Shown here: positions 39,059 through 48,213 of the stretch, one piece after another
Layout: every line of letters starts with the position of its first letter
How positions within the stretch are numbered: position 1 is the stretch's first letter
From: a virus
Length of the DNA stretch: 64,000 bases
IMG/VR virus record: IMGVR_UViG_3300032053_007880
Location: 3,740 to 67,739 of that record
Reading direction: 5' to 3' (one strand)
Notes under the pieces: model-generated
Databases searched by the model: none
What the model saw: only the letters and a program-made list of their open reading frames with translations
What the model was told of the DNA's origin: nothing
Translations under genes and position numbers: made by a program

Positions 39059-39250
39059 CGCAACAAGTGTGGTCTCTATCTCTGGGTTTGTTTGAGTTCT
39101 GCATAAATTTTCACTCACTTAAGAATGAACAAACTTCCTCATAAGCTTTCCTCTCCGCAAATTCAGTTTGAGACATCATTGAGGTTAGTCGCATAACTAT
39201 TCAAATTTGCGATTGACGGACTTAACATATCTACGCTTATCATCAGATAT

Positions 39251-39631
39251 TTAAGATACGTGATAGTGTCTCATGTGATTAAACATGAAGGTAAATTGAA
39301 TATCATCGACACGACTTAGCATCCCGCCATAGCTTAAACCTGTAAATTCGTAATTTTCTAATTCCGCAGAAATTCCTTGATAAACTCTCAGACGTGAGGT
39401 GTGACCAGACAAACCTTTACGATGTGCTTCCGCCAAAAAATTCATCAATTCTTTGTCGCCAGTTGAATACATGGCATCCTTAAAGATGATCGAAACAGAA
39501 CCTGACAACATAGAAGAATCTATGACATCTACTCTACGAGCTTTGAGAGAAAACAAACCATTTTTACTGAACTCTGATGTCCAAATTTTCTTCTTTTTCT
39601 TTTCGTAAAGTTGTATCCAATGATTTTTCAT
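39251..39631 (-). CDS. Hypothetical protein
   Basis: ORF preceded by CTAAATA. Confidence 0.55.
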   Translation of the reverse strand: MKNHWIQLYEKKKKKIWTSEFSKNGLFSLKARRVDVIDSSMLSGSVSIIFKDAMYSTGDKELMNFLAEAHRKGLSGHTSRLRVYQGISAELENYEFTGLSYGGMLSRVDDIQFTFMFNHMRHYHVS

Positions 39632-39672
39632 GCGACCCACCTTGATTATGACTGTATCTATTTAGTGAAGAC

Positions 39673-39705
39673 AAAAAAAAAGAGTCGCCATCAAGGCGAC
39701 TCTTT
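39673..39705 (-). terminator. Rho-independent terminator after uvsY
   Basis: aaagagtcgcc-atcaa-ggcgactcttt with long U tract on minus strand. Confidence 0.85.
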
Positions 39706-39721
39706 ATGACACTTGTTCATT

Positions 39722-40267
39722 TTAGAACAAGTTTTCTTTTCCAAGTCCTGTCTCAAACCCAGACTCTGCTTCGTCATAAGATTTGACAGTCTCTTCAATA
39801 AGATCGTCATTGACGTTACTGGGAGCCATATAACCTCGACCTCCCATGATGTCACCATGCAGCTTGTCGATCATCTTACGTTGCATGTGACCCATGCTCT
39901 GAGCATTGTCATGGTTCTTGTCCCATGCACGTAAATGTTGCTTTAGACGATTGACTGCATACTTGGCGTCATTCGACTTTTCTTTCAGACTCACAACATC
40001 TGGATCTGCCTTGGCTTTCGCCTCAGCCAATTTATCGCTGCCACCATCTTCTTTGGCTTCTACAAAACGCTCAGCAAACAGTTTTTCATGTCGCAACTCT
40101 AAGTTCTGTAAATTCTTTTCCGCCAAACAAAGATAGGCACCAAAATTGTCGTAATAACCAGCTTCTGTCTGAATGTATTGAGACAGACTGGCTTCATTAA
40201 ATCTCAAATTTTCCGGGTCGATTTCAACGACCATCCCAGCAAATTCAAGCTTCTCTTTTCTCCCCAT
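39722..40267 (-). CDS. uvsY: UvsY-like recombination mediator
   Basis: Helical ID..NL...YY...SDK.AE..A.ADPDV pattern; next to helicase as in T4-like phages. Confidence 0.6.
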   Translation of the reverse strand: MGRKEKLEFAGMVVEIDPENLRFNEASLSQYIQTEAGYYDNFGAYLCLAEKNLQNLELRHEKLFAERFVEAKEDGGSDKLAEAKAKADPDVVSLKEKSNDAKYAVNRLKQHLRAWDKNHDNAQSMGHMQRKMIDKLHGDIMGGRGYMAPSNVNDDLIEETVKSYDEAESGFETGLGKENLF

Positions 40268-40335
40268 GATCTCCCCCTTTCCCTAGTAACTGTAGTGTTG
40301 TATCAAATCATTTTCGAAAAAACAAGAACGATTCT

Positions 40336-41844
40336 TTAATGATCATCCTTGTCATCGTCAACTGCGGGAAGCACTTCATCGTCTTCTGGAGCAAATGGCT
40401 TGATAATATGGTCCATCTTCACGTCATCAACTACACTCTCTTTGTGAGAATTCATCTTGTCCATGTATGTTGCTTGTGAAATTTCTGTAATTTTCAGATT
40501 CTGTTTATTGAACGACAAGTAAATCTGAAAACGACTTTCACCGTCACGTTGTTTAATAACATAAAACCGTCCTATCCCCAGTGTCTTCTCGGCGTCATTC
40601 TGCATGATCGAGAAACATCCATCCAAAGGACGAATCTGACCAAACGAATCGGCCAAATGTTCGTCGTCCAGACGCCCACCAGCGTTCTTCTGGACTTCCT
40701 TTGAACCACGGTTGGGCTGCATGGCCGTCGCTACGAACACATTCTCTTCTGTAGCCAAAGCACGTAAATCTCGCACTGTCTTTTCCCGACTTTCGTAAGT
40801 CTTCATTCCGGGAATGTCAGCCATTTCTCCGATGTAATCGACAATCACAAAGTCTGGATCAAATCCATGGAAGCGAAGTTGTGCAATGTAAGCTCTGATG
40901 ATGTTTACTGTGGCTGTTCCAGCAGGAAACTGCTTAATGACAAATGGTATCTTGGAGTCATAATCAACTCCCTTGAGATTGCCCAAATCTTCAAAAATCG
41001 ACTCACGATGTCCATACAAATTTTGGACCGGATAGCCAGTGAGAATCGCATCCATACGATCAGCGACTTTATGTTCCGCCAATTCCAAAGAGATGTACGC
41101 ACCTCTCTTGCCACGCATCAAATTGGTTGCGGCAATACATCCCAACATGACCGACTTACCAACACCAGAGCCAGCTACAACAGAAATGATTTCCCCACGA
41201 CCATAGCCGCCGCCATTGATTGTTTTGTCAATAGACTCCAACCCAGTGATGAATTGTTCTTTGTCTTCATCATCTGTGACCATTTGAGCATATCGCTCTT
41301 TGATTGTCTTGAAGTAATCAAGACCAATCTCAAAGTTCTGATGTGTGGTCATGGCCACTCGCATCAATTCATACACTTTGGTCCATGTGTCTTCAGCCTC
41401 TGGACTCCTTTCAATTTCCTTCAATGAATTGTGAAAGGCTTGTTTCACGGCTTGGATTTTTGCAAAACATGTAATCTTGTCCTGCAAGTAATCACGAGCA
41501 TCTAGTCCGGGCTGAAAATAATCATACAGCGTATTGATCTCGCCTATGTAATAAGGCAACGCTTTGTTGTCTTTGAGATCACTTTTGATCTCTTGAACAA
41601 TAAATGACTTCCCCGGCAAAATCTTGTATTTCTTAAAGAAATCAAAAGCCAGTGATGCGGCCTTTTGATGTGCTTTGTTTGTAAAATACGCTGGCTTGAT
41701 CAAATCAAGCGATTGCAATAGGAATTGTCTGTCACACAGTACCAAAGCAATAATGTGTCTTTGGAACTCTTCATCCCACACGTACTTAACATCGCCTTCT
41801 GCGTCTGGATCTGCCAACGTAGGATCGTCAAAAATTTCACTCAT
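40336..41844 (-). CDS. Replicative DnaB-family helicase (T4 gp41-like)
   Basis: TGL..ID..INGG..GE..VVAGSGVGKS, YISLE, IKQFP, IVDYI, TAMQPNR, LADSF, KQR. Confidence 0.93.
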   Translation of the reverse strand: MSEIFDDPTLADPDAEGDVKYVWDEEFQRHIIALVLCDRQFLLQSLDLIKPAYFTNKAHQKAASLAFDFFKKYKILPGKSFIVQEIKSDLKDNKALPYYIGEINTLYDYFQPGLDARDYLQDKITCFAKIQAVKQAFHNSLKEIERSPEAEDTWTKVYELMRVAMTTHQNFEIGLDYFKTIKERYAQMVTDDEDKEQFITGLESIDKTINGGGYGRGEIISVVAGSGVGKSVMLGCIAATNLMRGKRGAYISLELAEHKVADRMDAILTGYPVQNLYGHRESIFEDLGNLKGVDYDSKIPFVIKQFPAGTATVNIIRAYIAQLRFHGFDPDFVIVDYIGEMADIPGMKTYESREKTVRDLRALATEENVFVATAMQPNRGSKEVQKNAGGRLDDEHLADSFGQIRPLDGCFSIMQNDAEKTLGIGRFYVIKQRDGESRFQIYLSFNKQNLKITEISQATYMDKMNSHKESVVDDVKMDHIIKPFAPEDDEVLPAVDDDKDDH

Positions 41845-41891
41845 GATTCCCTCTTTTCTCTCTTTTGTTATTGATCTCTTAGCTAATCTTG

Positions 41892-42401
41892 TTATTCCGA
41901 TTCTGATTCGTAATAAGTCGGAATACTGATTTTGATGACATGTCTAGCTCTTTTTCCAGTACGTCTTTCTGAATTCCGGTCGCCAATAACCCAGCCATCT
42001 GATCCTGTTTGAATTAGCGGAATAATAACCCGCAAATTAGGAAGAAGTCGAGGGTCTTTAAGAACCTCATCCCAAGAGTACCAGCCAACTGGCTCCGTCT
42101 CACCATCTCTTGGAATTGGATCACCAGCATCGGTGGCGATTACTGCTTTGAAACAATGGATGACGTGCTGGCCATCTTGCATCGTGCCAAGTAATCTTAC
42201 AGGAACGACTGGTTCATAACCAGTCTCTTCTTTGAGTTCTCGAACGGCAGCTTGGGCAGGGGTCTCGCCTTCTTCAACCTTCCCACCCGGAAGGTTAAGG
42301 CGACCCTTCTGCCAATCAGGTCTGTCTTTAAGAATCAACAAGACATGATTGGTCGGATTTGCTTTCCGAACCCACGAAATGACGTAGTGATTTAACATCA
42401 C
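41892..42401 (-). CDS. NUDIX hydrolase
   Basis: GGKVEEGETPAQAAVRELKEETG Nudix box. Confidence 0.93.
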   Translation of the reverse strand: MMLNHYVISWVRKANPTNHVLLILKDRPDWQKGRLNLPGGKVEEGETPAQAAVRELKEETGYEPVVPVRLLGTMQDGQHVIHCFKAVIATDAGDPIPRDGETEPVGWYSWDEVLKDPRLLPNLRVIIPLIQTGSDGWVIGDRNSERRTGKRARHVIKISIPTYYESESE

Positions 42402-42429
42402 TCAATTTTACAGAAGAAGAATTGCTTAG

Positions 42430-43269
42430 TCAATCCTTGATTCGTCTGAGTTTGTATCCCAATCTTTCGACTGAACCTTTCTTTAGCAAGGTATTGATTT
42501 TACATCTACATACGCTTGCACACCCACTCTCCGCCATTTCTTCATCTGTAAATTCTCTGAAGCCAACTTCCTTGCCAGACTTTTTTGATCTACACTTTAT
42601 CTGAGACTCACGCTTAGACTTATACAAATCAATCAACATCTGTTTGTCCGCTGATTCCAGATACAGCTTCTGTATTTCATCATCAGAAATCCATCTGTCT
42701 TTCGGAATCAAATCCAGCAATGTCTGAATGTCAGACTTAACTGGCTGCGTAAATGCTCTTTCTGGAATCCAGTCACGAGCAAGCCTCATCTTGATTGTGT
42801 CAATAGGAACTTCTGGGTATTCAACAGCCCATTCCGTTAGTGTTTTTTTCTGACCATTGTATTCAATCAAATCATTGCAAAGCACTGACTTGACTTTGAT
42901 TTTTTTTTTCGGCTTTGGTGGAGGAGGAACATAAACAAACCCTACGGGATGTCTGACAACCATTCCTTCATCATTGAAACGAAAATAAGGCAAGAAGTTA
43001 ACGGGACTTCGAATCCCATCACGGAACACCTTCTTTGCTCCCTTCATCATATTCTTTTGAATATCGTCACTAGGCTTGTCGTAACGGCACGGTTTGTAAT
43101 TTGCAATCACATTAAACAATCGAACAGATGACATCTTCTGTTCAATCGCTAAAAATAGGAACTTCTTTGACAACTTAGGCTCACGGCCTTCTGATATAAG
43201 TTTGTCTAAAGATTCTTCGATAATAGATCTAAGAACTTCTGAAAATGACATATTATCTGACGAAGGCAT
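42430..43269 (-). CDS. Hypothetical DNA-binding protein
   Basis: IEYNGQKKTLTEWA..TIKMRL..W..ERA module seen at HNH endonuclease C-termini; possible C-terminal wHTH. Confidence 0.55.
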   Translation of the reverse strand: MPSSDNMSFSEVLRSIIEESLDKLISEGREPKLSKKFLFLAIEQKMSSVRLFNVIANYKPCRYDKPSDDIQKNMMKGAKKVFRDGIRSPVNFLPYFRFNDEGMVVRHPVGFVYVPPPPKPKKKIKVKSVLCNDLIEYNGQKKTLTEWAVEYPEVPIDTIKMRLARDWIPERAFTQPVKSDIQTLLDLIPKDRWISDDEIQKLYLESADKQMLIDLYKSKRESQIKCRSKKSGKEVGFREFTDEEMAESGCASVCRCKINTLLKKGSVERLGYKLRRIKD

Positions 43270-43287
43270 TGTAGTTATCCTAAAAAT

Positions 43288-43319
43288 TGTTTGGCGTGAA
43301 ACATGTTTCACGCCAACCG
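43288..43319. promoter_or_regulatory. Tandem parS-like sites forming a 26-bp perfect palindrome
   Basis: TGTTTGGCGTGAAACA (14/16 to TGTTTCACGTGAAACA) followed by TGTTTCACGCCAACCG (12/16). Confidence 0.55.
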
Positions 43320-44399
43320 TCCACAAGAACAAGACCGCAAAAAAGCTACAAGAACCTTGATCTGTTTCAAGAGAGTTGGATGCTCATCAATCATGTTTTT
43401 GAAAATATCTCGATTGGCAGATGGTATCTTCTCTCCAATTATAATCAGGCTATCCTTAAGCATCTCCTCGATTGTGCGATCCGGGAGACGAGGAGATTTT
43501 TTCTCAGCCTTTCGTGGCTTCGTCTTCATCTGAATCTCCAGCTTGGATTCGTCAAACTGTTTTTGACGTGCCTTTAACGTCTTGACAGTAGTCTTGTCCA
43601 GAAAAATTTCACACAGATTCACTGACTCTGATGCTTGCAAATCGGAAGCGATAGAAAGTTCTGCAATCGCCAAAGCAGATTCTGGATTCGTTTCTGACAG
43701 AGAAGCGATTTTATCCATCGCCGCAGTAAAGCACAGAGGCTTCAGATCAGGATCTATGTCATGCACCTGACAAAAGTGCCTGCCACGCAAGCAGCGACAA
43801 GCAGTGTTAAATGCAGTTTGGCTGAGTGAATAACGGTTGGCCCACTTCTTTTTTATAGGAAGTTTCTTCCCTTCTGCTCTGCAATCATCTTCATGCGAAT
43901 TGAAGGATTTTGCCGCTTGAGCCAGAGTTGGCTCGGCCATCTTGGTATCCCCTCCCTGAGATCTGATATTGAAGAGAGGAACCACCAAATCTGGGTCTGG
44001 ATGTGAAAAAATGTAATACCCAATGATATGGGTGATTCCAAGGCTTAGGGCCGCAAAAAATGTATGCAACCCATCTCCGATGATATGCAACTTTCCTTTG
44101 CTGTCCATAAAAAGAACAATAGCCGGAAAAGTATTCCCGTTTGACATCCCAATTGCATACTTGATGATATTTTCTGGAATCACCTTAGTCTGAATCCTGC
44201 ACTGAAGCTCTTTGCTCTTGTCTTCATTGATCAAAGAAAGATCAAGACGCCCTTCGCAGTAGGTGTATGTATGCAGAGTGTTTTTCCAATCTGCGAATTC
44301 AACCTCGACACACCCCATATCCTCCATGCACTCTTCTCTATCTCTAACACGTCGCAAGGTAAGTTCCTTGCCGTTTAGCGAACCTTTATTTTCGTCCAT
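43308..44399 (-). CDS. ParB/Srx-like N-terminal domain protein
   Basis: YA..M..G..FPAIVL...IIGDGLHTFFAA resembles the ParB DGxHR motif (Arg replaced). Confidence 0.55.
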   Translation of the reverse strand: MDENKGSLNGKELTLRRVRDREECMEDMGCVEVEFADWKNTLHTYTYCEGRLDLSLINEDKSKELQCRIQTKVIPENIIKYAIGMSNGNTFPAIVLFMDSKGKLHIIGDGLHTFFAALSLGITHIIGYYIFSHPDPDLVVPLFNIRSQGGDTKMAEPTLAQAAKSFNSHEDDCRAEGKKLPIKKKWANRYSLSQTAFNTACRCLRGRHFCQVHDIDPDLKPLCFTAAMDKIASLSETNPESALAIAELSIASDLQASESVNLCEIFLDKTTVKTLKARQKQFDESKLEIQMKTKPRKAEKKSPRLPDRTIEEMLKDSLIIIGEKIPSANRDIFKNMIDEHPTLLKQIKVLVAFLRSCSCGRLA

Positions 44400-44518
44400 G
44401 ATGTACTCCCTGTCTGTAAATTGTGAATCGGTTTACTAATGTAACCCTAACGAAATCAATTTGAATTCGATGAGCGGAATATAACCAACAATTCAAAATG
44501 TTGCAAGAGGAGTTTTTA

Positions 44519-44881
44519 ATGAAAAATCAAATTACGCCAAGATACTGGCGAGAAGTCTACAAATCAGCAGAAAAACGCAAAATTGAACTGAATCTTACAG
44601 AAGATGAAGCATGGGAAGTGTTCTTACAGCAAGAAGAACATTGCTTCTTTAGCGGATTGCACCTTGATTTTGACAGCCGAGGCTACAGAGGATCTGCTTC
44701 ATTGGACAGAGTAAACAGTCTAAAAGACTACTCAAAGGACAACATCCAATGGGTTTTCTGTCCATATAATGGAATGAAAGGCGGGCATAACAACAAGTAT
44801 TTCATACACTTATGCGATTTAGTTACGAAAAATCAAGGATTGAAACCCGACCAACTTTGGATTCCAGATGAATCAAACTAA
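44519..44881 (+). CDS. HNH-like endonuclease (SLDRxxS..Y..NxQWV type)
   Basis: A.KR.I...LT, C..SGL, ASLDRVNS..Y..DNIQWV...N.MK. Confidence 0.78.
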   Translation: MKNQITPRYWREVYKSAEKRKIELNLTEDEAWEVFLQQEEHCFFSGLHLDFDSRGYRGSASLDRVNSLKDYSKDNIQWVFCPYNGMKGGHNNKYFIHLCDLVTKNQGLKPDQLWIPDESN

Positions 44882-44933
44882 TTGGCATAACTTTGAAAAC
44901 GAACCAGTTCGTATGTATCAGGATGGCAACAAT

Positions 44934-46214
44934 TTATTGAACAAGGCTCATTGCATCTACTCGAATCGCATCTGAATCCGCTGATTGAACCAGATTGCCA
45001 AGAATCTCGGCATATTGCCTGCCGACATTTTCCCAAGAGTTTTCTGTAATAAAATTCTTGGCCTTCTTCAACAATTCAGATCTGTATTCTTGAGACGTGA
45101 ATACTTTAGCAATTTCATCAGCTAAAGCCTCTGGACTATCTGGGCGAGGCACCACTCCGTCAAGGTCATCAAACAAATGACAGTCACTGGCAATCACTGG
45201 GATGCCATTTGACATCGCTTTACGAACAGCCCCAGAAGCCCCGTAGACTGTATTGTTCGGATCGTTCTTGTACGGGAACACAGCCAATTTGGCAGTTCTT
45301 AAAAAGTTCTGCATGTGTTCTTCAGAAAGATATCCACGCAACACAACAACATTATCTTGAAGACCTTTTTGCTCAACTAAGTCTCTAATTGTGTTGTAGT
45401 AGCGAGTCTGAATTGAACGTGTATGATTGCTCTCGCTGCACAAGAAGCAATAAAATATGTCTTTGAATTCCTCTGATCGTTTCTTCAGTATGCTTACAGC
45501 TTCTATAGCTTGATCGAGCCCTTTGTATTCAAATCCAAATCCAAACTGGATAATGGTACGTTCATTTTGAAAGATGTTCCATAACTGGTTAACATTGTCA
45601 TAAATGTTGCATCCATGAGGAAGAACAAAAACTTGATTTCTGTGCCCCATGCGTAACAAGCAATCTTTTCCATTCTGACTGTGAGTAATGATGTTTCTGA
45701 TGTATGAGGTGCAGATTGTTTTATCAAGATGCTCGTAAACAGAATGCAAGGTGATCACATAAGGAATGCCATCGAACATCTCCAGCAGTTTAAGGAAATG
45801 TGTAGCTTTGGGGAAAATTCCAAACTCGTGTTGAATGAAGATTACATCAGGTTTGTAATCAATGATCTGCTTTGCCATTTCAATACAACTTTGACCACGC
45901 TTCCAACAACGAGTAGACTCATCTTCAGGGCCGGTCGTTTCTGCAAATATCTTCACTTCTTTAACGTGCTTACGAAGTTCTGGAATCAATTGTTCACTGT
46001 ATGTTGCAATTCCACATTGATCACCCCAATTGCATATTCCGGCGACCTTTAACTCACTCAACAGCTTGTTGTCCGTAGACACGAGCTTTTTACCAATCAA
46101 CGATGTTTCACCAACCAAACTTGGAATATTGAAAGTCTGATTGCCAGTGATACGAATTGCCTTATCCTTGGATACTGCCTGTATCACTCCCTGTTGATTG
46201 ATTGAAACATACAT
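44934..46214 (-). CDS. Glycosyltransferase family 4
   Basis: CGIATYS, IQHEFGIF, TLH, PHG, FGF..YKG, FPY..GASGA..A..G.PVIAS. Confidence 0.9.
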   Translation of the reverse strand: MYVSINQQGVIQAVSKDKAIRITGNQTFNIPSLVGETSLIGKKLVSTDNKLLSELKVAGICNWGDQCGIATYSEQLIPELRKHVKEVKIFAETTGPEDESTRCWKRGQSCIEMAKQIIDYKPDVIFIQHEFGIFPKATHFLKLLEMFDGIPYVITLHSVYEHLDKTICTSYIRNIITHSQNGKDCLLRMGHRNQVFVLPHGCNIYDNVNQLWNIFQNERTIIQFGFGFEYKGLDQAIEAVSILKKRSEEFKDIFYCFLCSESNHTRSIQTRYYNTIRDLVEQKGLQDNVVVLRGYLSEEHMQNFLRTAKLAVFPYKNDPNNTVYGASGAVRKAMSNGIPVIASDCHLFDDLDGVVPRPDSPEALADEIAKVFTSQEYRSELLKKAKNFITENSWENVGRQYAEILGNLVQSADSDAIRVDAMSLVQ

Positions 46215-47178
46215 ATTTAACACTTTCTCGTAGCAAAGCATCTTGTGATTGTCTAACTTCATTCAATTCTGTGCGACCGGATAACATCCTATTTAGAAGA
46301 GTCCTCAACTGATAAGAACTGAAACTCCAATAAGAAAGACCAAAATCTTTCAAACCACAAGTCTCTAAAAAAGACTCATTCTTGTCATGATGCAACAAAT
46401 CTACAAATGGAGTATTTGCCAGAATACTGAATATTGTAGAGTGTAAACGGGTGCTGATCACAGCGTCACAGGCTGAAACAATATCTAATGTTTGTTGCAC
46501 AGAAAGCCTTTCATAAATCGAAAGATTCTTCTTCCAAAATTTGCAACGACTGGAAACAAGCCCATTTGTCACACGATCATCGTGGGGGGCACCAGTAGAC
46601 ATTGGAAAGAATACAAAGCTCGCTGAAATCGAATCAGCTACAGACGCAATGTCCTGAGCAGCTTTATTTAATGTGATGAAGTCTCTGGCAAGCTGAGCGT
46701 CCTTGGCTTGACCCAAATGCCCATTTAAGACAACTCCCACAACCTTGGAATACAAATCAAGCTTGTTGTCAGAAAACATGGTCTGCAACAATTGTTTCCC
46801 GGCTGCTGGGTCTGGATTGAGACAAAAAGCTGCATCGGCTCCTAAATGACAAGGAACGTCATGATCCAGCAAAAGTTGTTGGGATGCTTTGTCTCGCACT
46901 ACAATGCCATCAAATTCCTTTAGAAGAGAAAAAGGAGAATGCTTGTTGGCTGATGCGGAGAACACGTACCTCTTACTAACCTTTGAATCAAGGGCAAGAC
47001 GCACATAACTCTCTGATAAAATGTTTCCGCCGCCAAGGATGCAGATGTCCGCTTGGCCTGTGTCCTTGAATACAAAATCGTATTCAGGGAATAGCTTTGG
47101 AAATGAAAGCTTGTAGCTTTCATCGCCGATGTTAAATCGGTTGTACCAACCGATGATTAAGCAAAGTCTGCGATCCAT
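46162..47178 (-). CDS. Polysaccharide pyruvyl transferase (WcaK-like)
   Basis: GWYNRFNIGDE, LGGGNIL, VRDKAS, ADAAF, STRLHSTI. Confidence 0.88.
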   Translation of the reverse strand: MDRRLCLIIGWYNRFNIGDESYKLSFPKLFPEYDFVFKDTGQADICILGGGNILSESYVRLALDSKVSKRYVFSASANKHSPFSLLKEFDGIVVRDKASQQLLLDHDVPCHLGADAAFCLNPDPAAGKQLLQTMFSDNKLDLYSKVVGVVLNGHLGQAKDAQLARDFITLNKAAQDIASVADSISASFVFFPMSTGAPHDDRVTNGLVSSRCKFWKKNLSIYERLSVQQTLDIVSACDAVISTRLHSTIFSILANTPFVDLLHHDKNESFLETCGLKDFGLSYWSFSSYQLRTLLNRMLSGRTELNEVRQSQDALLRESVKYVCFNQSTGSDTGSIQG

Positions 47179-47522
47179 TTCACATACGCATTTTCTGAGT
47201 TAATGTTGGCCAACACTACAAAACCATCTGGTGTGGCGTATGAACTAAGCATATTAACTTGTCCAAGGCAGCATTGAACCCCCTGAAAATCATCTAAGCA
47301 AAGCCAAACATGAACTGGCTGTTGTGTTGTTGGAACAAAAACTTCGTTCCATCCATGCCCTAGCTCTAATTCTCCTTCTTCATGAGGAAAATCTCTGTAA
47401 GGAACTTGAACAAGAACGATATCACGTGGTCTTCTTACTCCACCCATTACTACCTCCAATATAAACAGGCTTAGGCTAATAAAAACTAAAATTATTGAGC
47501 CGCTTAATAATATTTCTAACAT
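47157..47522 (-). CDS. Hypothetical protein (start uncertain: 47522 or 47447)
   Basis: ORF with possible N-terminal TM. Confidence 0.5.
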   Translation of the reverse strand: MLEILLSGSIILVFISLSLFILEVVMGGVRRPRDIVLVQVPYRDFPHEEGELELGHGWNEVFVPTTQQPVHVWLCLDDFQGVQCCLGQVNMLSSYATPDGFVVLANINSENAYVKWIADFA

Positions 47523-47557
47523 AGCTCTCCTGTTTTTGTATCTAGGCAATAAACACT

Positions 47558-47592
47558 AAAAAACCCCAACAGGATTATCTGTTGGGGTTTTT
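47558..47592. terminator. Rho-independent terminator after the sigma-like gene
   Basis: aaaaaccccaacag-gattat-ctgttggggttttt. Confidence 0.85.
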
Positions 47593-47628
47593 CATTATGT
47601 TTTCTGAGACCAACTGTGCTCAAACGAT

Positions 47629-48195
47629 TTATACTGCTACCCCTAAGTAATCAAAATCACTCAAACTCACAAGTCCTGTTCTCCAAGACTTTTCCCGAGT
47701 AATCTTTTTACCTAGAGATTTCTGTGCGTTCCAGATGATCTGTTTACAATACGTCGTAAACTTCAGATCGAGATTGAGCAATTGCTCTCTTTCCGGTCGT
47801 TCTTCTTCAGGAACATACTTTTTCACAAGCTGGTCAAGAATGATCTGCTGGTGAACGCCAAACTTCTGTCGATTCGCCCCGTGCCGCCGCCGATCTTCCC
47901 ATAATTGTTTCAACTCATTGAAAACTTTCATAATGAATTTATCTTTGACGTGATTCTCTAATGCGGCAAAACAACTTTCGATATAGGTTTGTCTCTTATA
48001 ATAACTACCAGCCCTAACCAAAGCAATTCGAAGTTCTTGAACATCGTCATCTGGATCATTGACGTTATTCTTGGCATTCTTCCTTTTGAGTTCCCATGCA
48101 GCGTAATGACAAAGCTTTCCAAATTTCTTATCCAGAACTTCATATTCTAGCTCAGTAATCGGGAAGCTATTCACGATTGTTTCTAATGTTTTCAT
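47629..48195 (-). CDS. Sigma70 region-2-only factor (T4 gp55-like late sigma candidate)
   Basis: DDDVQELRIALVRA resembles region 2.2 (DLIQEGxxGLxxA); KFTTYCKQIIWN resembles region 2.3 (KFSTYAxxWI); no region 4; 188 aa. Confidence 0.6.
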   Translation of the reverse strand: MKTLETIVNSFPITELEYEVLDKKFGKLCHYAAWELKRKNAKNNVNDPDDDVQELRIALVRAGSYYKRQTYIESCFAALENHVKDKFIMKVFNELKQLWEDRRRHGANRQKFGVHQQIILDQLVKKYVPEEERPEREQLLNLDLKFTTYCKQIIWNAQKSLGKKITREKSWRTGLVSLSDFDYLGVAV

Positions 48196-48213
48196 ATTCC
48201 TCCAAGGTTAATT

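Noticed and set aside
39200-39250. CUGAUGA on the minus strand suggesting a hammerhead ribozyme
   Set aside because: No GAAA after the following stem, so the core is incomplete.
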